Shown here: piece after piece, positions 58,221 through 64,000 of the stretch | How the letters are laid out: each line of letters begins with the position of its first letter | How positions within the stretch are numbered: position 1 is the first letter of the stretch | NCBI GenBank assembly: GCA_964525495.1 | Contig: CAZGHS010000001.1 | Span: 10,863 to 74,862, forward strand | Source: an uncultured Gammaproteobacteria bacterium | GTDB taxonomy: Bacteria > Patescibacteriota > Microgenomatia > JALYQM01 | Direction of reading: 5' to 3' | Length of the DNA: 64,000 bases | The notes under the pieces: generated by a model | What the model was told of the DNA's origin: nothing | The model's database searches: none | What the model saw: only the letters and a program-made list of their open reading frames with translations | Program-made: the position numbers and the translations under genes

Positions 58221-59681
58221 TTACAAACTAACCTGCTTAATTTTATACTCAAAAATCGATTTATCTTCCTTATTATCAATAAAATTCTGTGCTAACTGAA
58301 AAGCCATTTCGATACTATTATCCGAGTTGTTATACCGAAATATTCCAGTTCTTCCCAGCAAATAGACATCATCACTTTCCAAGTATTGCACGACCTGTTG
58401 CAACCGCTCTTTGTAATCCAAATCATATACAGGATACGCATACCGTATTCGCTTCACAAAAGTCCCTAATACCTTGTCGAGAGCAAACAATTTAATCCGA
58501 TCCCCAGCCTCTACGCACTCCTGAGATAATTGTTCATCGCTTTTATTCCATGTCTCATCACCAAAATAACAGGTAATATCTAAACAAACACAGGTTTTGC
58601 CAGCAGGTGCCATCTTTTTTGACCAATTTGTAAATTCCACAGATCGATTAAATGGAATATCTTTATCGGGAAAATACATCCAATGATCATTGGAAACACG
58701 ATCCTGATCCAAAAACACATAGACAAAAATAATATCCATATACTTGGTCTGTTTTAATAAACTCTCTATCTTTTCGCTCTTTTTCTCTTGCAAGTCATAC
58801 AACAACTTGAGAGGTACAGTAGAAACAAGAGAATCATACGGAACAACCTGTTCCACGTTATCTTTCACATACACAACTTCATGTTTTTCTTTTCGGATCT
58901 CTTTTACCAAAGCTCTCAGGGTTACTTCTCCTCCATGCACTTGTAAATCGCGAGCAAATGCATCCGGCACTTCTTGAATACCGTCATCCGGATAATAAAA
59001 CTCTCCCCCATCCGGTGCGAGAGAATCATCTTCAAGATCATATCGAAAAAAATTAAATGAAATAAGTTTTTGTACTGCGCGCTTAATTAATTTCTGTAAA
59101 TTCTCACCGCTAAAGCGCGCATCTGCCCAATCTGCAGAGATTTCACCCGGATCCATTCCCCAAATTTTTGAGGTGTATCGGTAGCACATAATTTCATACA
59201 ATTTTGGACCGTAGTAATACAAAAACCAGTCCTTATATGATCGTACATTCCGAGCCTTACCTCGCAGTTTAAATCTATTCCACAAATAATCTACGCCACA
59301 CAAAAAAGCTTCATGCAACGGCATCGCACCAAACAAATTATCTAACTCGAAAGGATATTTAAGATACTTATTATATAAATAAATACGACTCTTCTTGATG
59401 TGCGTCTTCATCTCCAAGCCAGGAAGTGAATGTATAACATCGAGCAACTCTTTGTTTTTTGTATGAAACCTATGCGCTGAGAAGTCCAATAAGTACCCAT
59501 CGTGCTCCATCGTGCGACTCAATCCACCTACCACATTCTCCTTTTCCAATACCAATACAGATTTACCGCTCTTTGCAACTTTCCACGCAAACGAAAGCCC
59601 TGCAACACCCGCGCCTAGTACGATAAAGTCATACTTCTTTAGTTCCATTGTGTTAAATACTCCTTCAAACACTCTTGCCAA
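58221..59681 (-). CDS. FAD-dependent UDP-galactopyranose-mutase-like flavoenzyme
   Basis: Dinucleotide-binding KKYDFIVLGAGVAGLS...VLVLEKENVVGG and the AHRFHTKN block, comparable to the Glf AH-x-FHT motif. 486 aa, longer than bacterial Glf. Confidence 0.5.
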   Translation of the reverse strand: MARVFEGVFNTMELKKYDFIVLGAGVAGLSFAWKVAKSGKSVLVLEKENVVGGLSRTMEHDGYLLDFSAHRFHTKNKELLDVIHSLPGLEMKTHIKKSRIYLYNKYLKYPFELDNLFGAMPLHEAFLCGVDYLWNRFKLRGKARNVRSYKDWFLYYYGPKLYEIMCYRYTSKIWGMDPGEISADWADARFSGENLQKLIKRAVQKLISFNFFRYDLEDDSLAPDGGEFYYPDDGIQEVPDAFARDLQVHGGEVTLRALVKEIRKEKHEVVYVKDNVEQVVPYDSLVSTVPLKLLYDLQEKKSEKIESLLKQTKYMDIIFVYVFLDQDRVSNDHWMYFPDKDIPFNRSVEFTNWSKKMAPAGKTCVCLDITCYFGDETWNKSDEQLSQECVEAGDRIKLFALDKVLGTFVKRIRYAYPVYDLDYKERLQQVVQYLESDDVYLLGRTGIFRYNNSDNSIEMAFQLAQNFIDNKEDKSIFEYKIKQVSL

Positions 59682-60514
59682 GAACGCATAGTATACAGAT
59701 TTTGCTCCATCAAGCGCTTATTAACAAGTTTTTCAGAAACTGGCCGAGGCGCATGATACTCTTTCGCAACAAAGTCGGAAGAAACTTTGTGCAATACAAT
59801 ATCGTCACGCTGCAATTCTTTCAAGATATACTCGGCAACATCATAGCGACTCGCACACCCCTCGCAAACACTGTGATACAAACCGTACGATTCTTTTTCT
59901 ACGACATTAAAGATATTTTGAACTAAGTCATAAGTGTATGTCGGAGTTCCAAATTTATCGTCAACTACAAATAATTCTTTCTCTCCATTTTTAATCTTCT
60001 TAAGCAACTTATTAACAAATTTCTTATCCTTTTTCTCCCCGCCACCCATCATCCAGCCAGCTCGAAATATATAATGTTTAGTGTATTGTGCAACCAATTG
60101 CTCAGCAGCATATTTGGTCTTGCCATATGCATTAATTGGATTAGGCGTATCTTCTTCCATATATGCATCCTGATCCCCATCAAAAACTCCCGCAGTAGAG
60201 ATATGAACCATAGGAACGTCAAGCGCTTTGCAGGCATTCAAAACATTCTGCGTTCCAAGCATATTAGTTACATGCGCTTCTTTAGGATGCAACTCACAAT
60301 ACTCTACATCAGTCAAAGCGGCCAAATGCACCACGATGTCTGGCTCAAATGTATGTATTTGACGCGTTGTAAGATCCGAATCCCGCACATCACCATACTC
60401 TAAAAACGTATCATTTACATCAATATCAGTAGCAAAAAAATTATCAGAATTTTTGAGGCGATGATAAAATGCTTCCCCAAGCATTCCACCACAACCAGTT
60501 ATGTAAACACGCAT
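59639..60514 (-). CDS. SDR-family NAD(P)-dependent sugar reductase/epimerase, RmlD (dTDP-4-dehydrorhamnose reductase)-like
   Basis: MRVYITGCGGMLG Rossmann motif. 291 aa. Y-x3-K catalytic pair. Confidence 0.6.
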   Translation of the reverse strand: MRVYITGCGGMLGEAFYHRLKNSDNFFATDIDVNDTFLEYGDVRDSDLTTRQIHTFEPDIVVHLAALTDVEYCELHPKEAHVTNMLGTQNVLNACKALDVPMVHISTAGVFDGDQDAYMEEDTPNPINAYGKTKYAAEQLVAQYTKHYIFRAGWMMGGGEKKDKKFVNKLLKKIKNGEKELFVVDDKFGTPTYTYDLVQNIFNVVEKESYGLYHSVCEGCASRYDVAEYILKELQRDDIVLHKVSSDFVAKEYHAPRPVSEKLVNKRLMEQNLYTMRSWQECLKEYLTQWN

Positions 60515-60571
60515 ACGAGGTAGTGTACCGACACGGAAACCTATTTACAAGCCGTATCAAACTCATTTACT

Positions 60572-61435
60572 ATGCTCTGTATGTCTGAATTTTCTGCTCA
60601 CACCCAATGGCAAGCTGAACTCTACGACGAACATCCACCTCTCAACCCTTTTGAGAAACTTCATCGTGAAATCGGTTTCGCTCTTGTTTGTCGCCCTAAA
60701 GATCTAGCTACAAAAAACTACCTCGAACAATTCAAGGTCAACGATCAAACCAAAATCCTTGACATGGGATGCGCCTCAGGATTTCTGCTCCAGCGAATCA
60801 GCAAAACATTTGGCTCCCAAGGAACAGGAATAGATGTGTCAAAAGTACTTATCGACAAAGCAAAGCAAGAAGATCCCAATAACCAATACTTTTTGGCCGA
60901 CGCATCCAAACTACCATTTCCAGACAACACCTTCGATCTTGTAACCAGCTTTGATAACCTCGAACATATTCAAGAATACAAAAAAGTAATTAAAGAAATG
61001 GTACGAGTATTAAAACCAGGCGGAACGATACTACTCAACACTATTAACAAACACAACCGTTTTACGTTCGACTGGCTCCTGGAAAAACTTGGCAGCGACT
61101 ATCATATGCGACGCGCTGGCCATGTTAAGGAGCTTTTTTTCGACCCTCAGGATATAAAAGTACTATTTGAAGAAGCAGGTTTAGAAAACACTAAAATCCG
61201 ACTGTTTGATGCTACATTTATTTTGATTATGGATTGTGCCTTATACATATTCCTCATGGCAATAGAGAAACTAGCAAATGTTACAAATAGTTATCATAGA
61301 TTAGGGCGAATATCCCTTACTATTACTAATATCGCAAGTAAACTCTCATTACCAGTACTCGAAAAATGTGATACAGTTATTATTAAACACGGGTTTTCCA
61401 ACGCGTTTTTCCTAACTGGAGTAAAAAGCAAATAA
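60572..61435 (+). CDS. Class I SAM-dependent methyltransferase
   Basis: ILDMGCASGFLL and LKPGGTILL. Confidence 0.6.
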   Translation: MLCMSEFSAHTQWQAELYDEHPPLNPFEKLHREIGFALVCRPKDLATKNYLEQFKVNDQTKILDMGCASGFLLQRISKTFGSQGTGIDVSKVLIDKAKQEDPNNQYFLADASKLPFPDNTFDLVTSFDNLEHIQEYKKVIKEMVRVLKPGGTILLNTINKHNRFTFDWLLEKLGSDYHMRRAGHVKELFFDPQDIKVLFEEAGLENTKIRLFDATFILIMDCALYIFLMAIEKLANVTNSYHRLGRISLTITNIASKLSLPVLEKCDTVIIKHGFSNAFFLTGVKSK

Positions 61436-61447
61436 ACTAAAAACAAT

Positions 61448-62356
61448 ATGTTACCTGCCCTCAAAAGACTTTATTTAGAAAAAGGCGCGCTCGGCGTGCT
61501 CGAATGGATTTACGACAAAAAACGGTTTTTTCCCGTAAAGCTAGTTCTCAAGACAATCTTTAAAGTCTTTCCCTATGAACATATTCTGCGAACAACTGCA
61601 AAATATAACCAATCCATTCCAAGCAAGGGATTCGTAAAAAGTACTCAAACCTATATAAAGAACTTTAATATAGATATAAAGCAAATCAACTCATTCGATA
61701 TCAATGGACCATGCCTCATATTTGGAAACCATCCTACAGGACTAGATCCATTTATTATCGCCTCGTGCCTCAAGCGTGATGATGTATATATTGTCGCCGA
61801 CAACTATCAGCAAAGAAAGGGAACGTTTATAGGCCAACACGTAATTCCTATTTTCTACTCACGCACTCAGAAAAACCTAGAGAATCGAGGATTCCTGAAC
61901 TCTATAGGATTTTACGCCATGCGGCAATTGACAGGCTATGAAGAATACGAAACAGTAAAAAAACAAAACCAGGTAACGATTCAAACCGCAGCCAAGCTTT
62001 TAATGGACGGACATGTAGTTATAATTTTTCCGGATGGCGGAAGTAACAATCCGGAGTTATGGTATAACGGAATTGGAGAAATTATTAAGCGAACGGTAGA
62101 TAGAGAAAATAAAATCAAGTTGTTTGCGGCCAACATTCAAGGCATTTCATCATTCAAACTATGGAGGCATTTTCTATTCAACCGCAAAAAATATCTACAA
62201 AGCCACCCTGCTCACGTAGTAATTTCACCACAACTCACTTTAGCAAGTTTATGTATCGAATCTCACCAAGAATCACGAGAAATTACAGAACGATTAAGAT
62301 CTGAATATAAAGCAAATAAACTGTGGCACCCGAACTACGCCTACCAACAAGCTTAA
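61448..62356 (+). CDS. PlsC-like acyltransferase
   Basis: H-x4-D motif in FGNHPTGLDP. Confidence 0.55.
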   Translation: MLPALKRLYLEKGALGVLEWIYDKKRFFPVKLVLKTIFKVFPYEHILRTTAKYNQSIPSKGFVKSTQTYIKNFNIDIKQINSFDINGPCLIFGNHPTGLDPFIIASCLKRDDVYIVADNYQQRKGTFIGQHVIPIFYSRTQKNLENRGFLNSIGFYAMRQLTGYEEYETVKKQNQVTIQTAAKLLMDGHVVIIFPDGGSNNPELWYNGIGEIIKRTVDRENKIKLFAANIQGISSFKLWRHFLFNRKKYLQSHPAHVVISPQLTLASLCIESHQESREITERLRSEYKANKLWHPNYAYQQA

Positions 62357-62357
62357 T

Positions 62358-63650
62358 ATGAAAATTGCGCTATTTCACCTTTCCTTTCTCTATTCTGGAG
62401 GAGGAGAAAAACTAGTTCTAAAAGAGATCGAACTTCTTACACAAGCCGGTCATACAGTCGATTGTTACGCGCCACTAATCGATCCAGAAGAATGCTTTCC
62501 AGAAATAATCAAAAAATACAACATTAAAGAAATAATAAAAGGCACCACCAAAATTTTTCTCGGAAAACCAGAACTTGGGGTAGCCTTCACTTGCTTACTA
62601 TTCCCGTTTATTGCATTTAAATTTAGAAAATACGACACCATTATTGGAGCCAATCAGCCAGGACCGCTTTTTGGTTGGATACTCAAAATACTTCTTAGAA
62701 AGCCATATATTGCATATATTGCTCAACCAACCCGGCTTATATATCCTCGCCCTATTGATAGAGAAGTAGGATTGAGATTTAAATCCAAAATGAATTTCTT
62801 TCCGCACGTAGCAAACATACTACGCCCGTTTATCTACTGGCTCGACCTCAAGAGTATTACCAGCGCACACACTCTTTTTACAAACGGCGAGTACATGAAA
62901 GAAATAATTGAACAGATTTATGGCAAAACAGCTACCATCTGTCATCCAGGAGCAAAATGGGACTACAAAATGAGTTTTCTAAAACAGAACAAACAAAACT
63001 CAATAACAATAAATAATAATACATACCCCACTCCGTATATCTGCCTGACAAATAGACATTTTCCTCAAAAAAAGTTCGAATATGCAATAGAGGCAATCCG
63101 TCATTTAGATCATAAAATACCGGTATTAATTGCGGGTAAAGAAACCTACTATACTCAGTCTCTCAAAAAACTAGTGCAGAGTTACCATCTCGAAGACCGT
63201 ATTCATTTTCTAGGATATGTGAGTGAAACAGATATCGAGATTCTATATAAAAACAGCTCACTCTATCTCTACACTGCGATCGAGGAAGATTTCGGCATGG
63301 GCATAGTTGAGGCAATGGGTTACGGCATACCAGTCATAGCAATAAATCGAGCAGGACCATCTAAAATAATCACACACAACCATAACGGATTTCTAGTCGA
63401 ACCAGATGATCACAAAGCAATGGCCTCGACCATAAAAAAATGTTTAAACAATAGAGAACTAGTTCTTAAAATTGGAAAAAACGCAGTCCATACCATACGA
63501 AAGAATTATTCCTGGGGAAATCACGCAAATATTTTGGGAAATACACTAAAATCAATCGCAAATACGAATCACAAAACTGATTCAAAAACTTCTTTATACC
63601 GCGCCGTCATAAATTCTCGCTTAACGTTCGAAGGTAAAACCATTTCATGA
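62358..63650 (+). CDS. GT4-family glycosyltransferase
   Basis: EEDFGMGIVEAMGYGIPVIA E-x7-E block. Confidence 0.7.
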   Translation: MKIALFHLSFLYSGGGEKLVLKEIELLTQAGHTVDCYAPLIDPEECFPEIIKKYNIKEIIKGTTKIFLGKPELGVAFTCLLFPFIAFKFRKYDTIIGANQPGPLFGWILKILLRKPYIAYIAQPTRLIYPRPIDREVGLRFKSKMNFFPHVANILRPFIYWLDLKSITSAHTLFTNGEYMKEIIEQIYGKTATICHPGAKWDYKMSFLKQNKQNSITINNNTYPTPYICLTNRHFPQKKFEYAIEAIRHLDHKIPVLIAGKETYYTQSLKKLVQSYHLEDRIHFLGYVSETDIEILYKNSSLYLYTAIEEDFGMGIVEAMGYGIPVIAINRAGPSKIITHNHNGFLVEPDDHKAMASTIKKCLNNRELVLKIGKNAVHTIRKNYSWGNHANILGNTLKSIANTNHKTDSKTSLYRAVINSRLTFEGKTIS

Positions 63651-64000
63651 TGATCTATAGGACGAGTAATCAACGTTCGCAGCAATTCAGCAGCTGATTC
63701 TACCCCATCCGTTGGTTTAAAAATTACACATTCGGTTAGATTGTTCAATAGCTCATCTGCCCCTGCCCCGTCAGCAAGCATTACTTTCTGTGTACCACTC
63801 GCAATAGCTTCGAAAGGAACCATAGTACATCCTTCGCCGTAAGAAGAAGGGTGTATCAATATCTGAGACCGCGCATACACAGATACCAATTCATGCTTCT
63901 CTACAAAACCCAAAAAAACCACACGATCACTGCAACGATCAATGCATAAATTACTCACATCGCCACTCCCCGCAAAAACCAAATAGAGTTGCGGATTGGT
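63569..64000 (-). CDS. GT4-family glycosyltransferase, partial (N-terminus beyond the window end); 3' end overlaps the convergent gene by about 80 nt
   Basis: LVFAGSGD and EGCTMVPFEAIASG blocks. The reading frame stays open to position 64000. Confidence 0.55.
   Translation of the reverse strand, partial: TNPQLYLVFAGSGDVSNLCIDRCSDRVVFLGFVEKHELVSVYARSQILIHPSSYGEGCTMVPFEAIASGTQKVMLADGAGADELLNNLTECVIFKPTDGVESAAELLRTLITRPIDHHEMVLPSNVKREFMTARYKEVFESVL

Noticed and set aside
1-64000. CRISPR arrays or cas genes
   Set aside because: No regularly spaced direct repeats of 25-40 nt were seen anywhere in the window. No Cas-like proteins were recognised.

Overview
The window is an AT-rich, compact bacterial chromosome segment with short, tightly packed and often overlapping genes, many membrane-anchored paralogs and glycosyltransferases, consistent with a reduced-genome lineage such as Patescibacteria/CPR. 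Confidently recognisable housekeeping genes are lepA, murJ, rpsT, tpiA, trxA, recA-recX, rny, a UvrD/PcrA helicase, an SF1 Upf1-like helicase, radC, two NUDIX hydrolases, tRNA-Ile(GAT) and tRNA-Pro(GGG). Six regions are not ordinary. (1) About 4860-5460 is a roughly 500-600 nt GC-enriched non-coding region with a 15-bp long-range closing helix and many nested hairpins, probably a large structured RNA. (2) About 11.26-16.35 kb is a roughly 5 kb putative integrated element next to tRNA-Ile. It carries a large serine recombinase whose 3' end runs antisense through the tRNA, a 53-aa basic ORF, a TerS-like HTH protein and a protein with a C-terminal PD-(D/E)xK motif (RPDFL...IIEIKRP) that resembles DUF4263/Shedu-type defense nucleases. 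(3) A promoter, leader and intrinsic terminator sit directly upstream of a DUF62 (fluorinase/chlorinase/SAM-hydrolase family) gene and could be a riboswitch or attenuator. (4) 3556-3997 encodes tandem coiled-coil zinc-ribbon miniproteins. (5) 44.5-49.3 kb is a sensor histidine kinase flanked by two LivJ-type binding proteins, with no transporter or response regulator nearby. (6) Two glycan loci (27-30 kb and 50.8-64 kb) contain a DPPR-synthase-like UbiA enzyme, a WecA-like phosphoglycosyltransferase, a UGM-like flavoenzyme, GT-C-like membrane proteins, an RmlD-like SDR, a carbamoyltransferase, methyltransferases and GT4 enzymes, which suggests biosynthesis of a furanose-containing surface glycan. 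Every call rests on motifs read directly from the translations and on sequence symmetry. No database searches were run.
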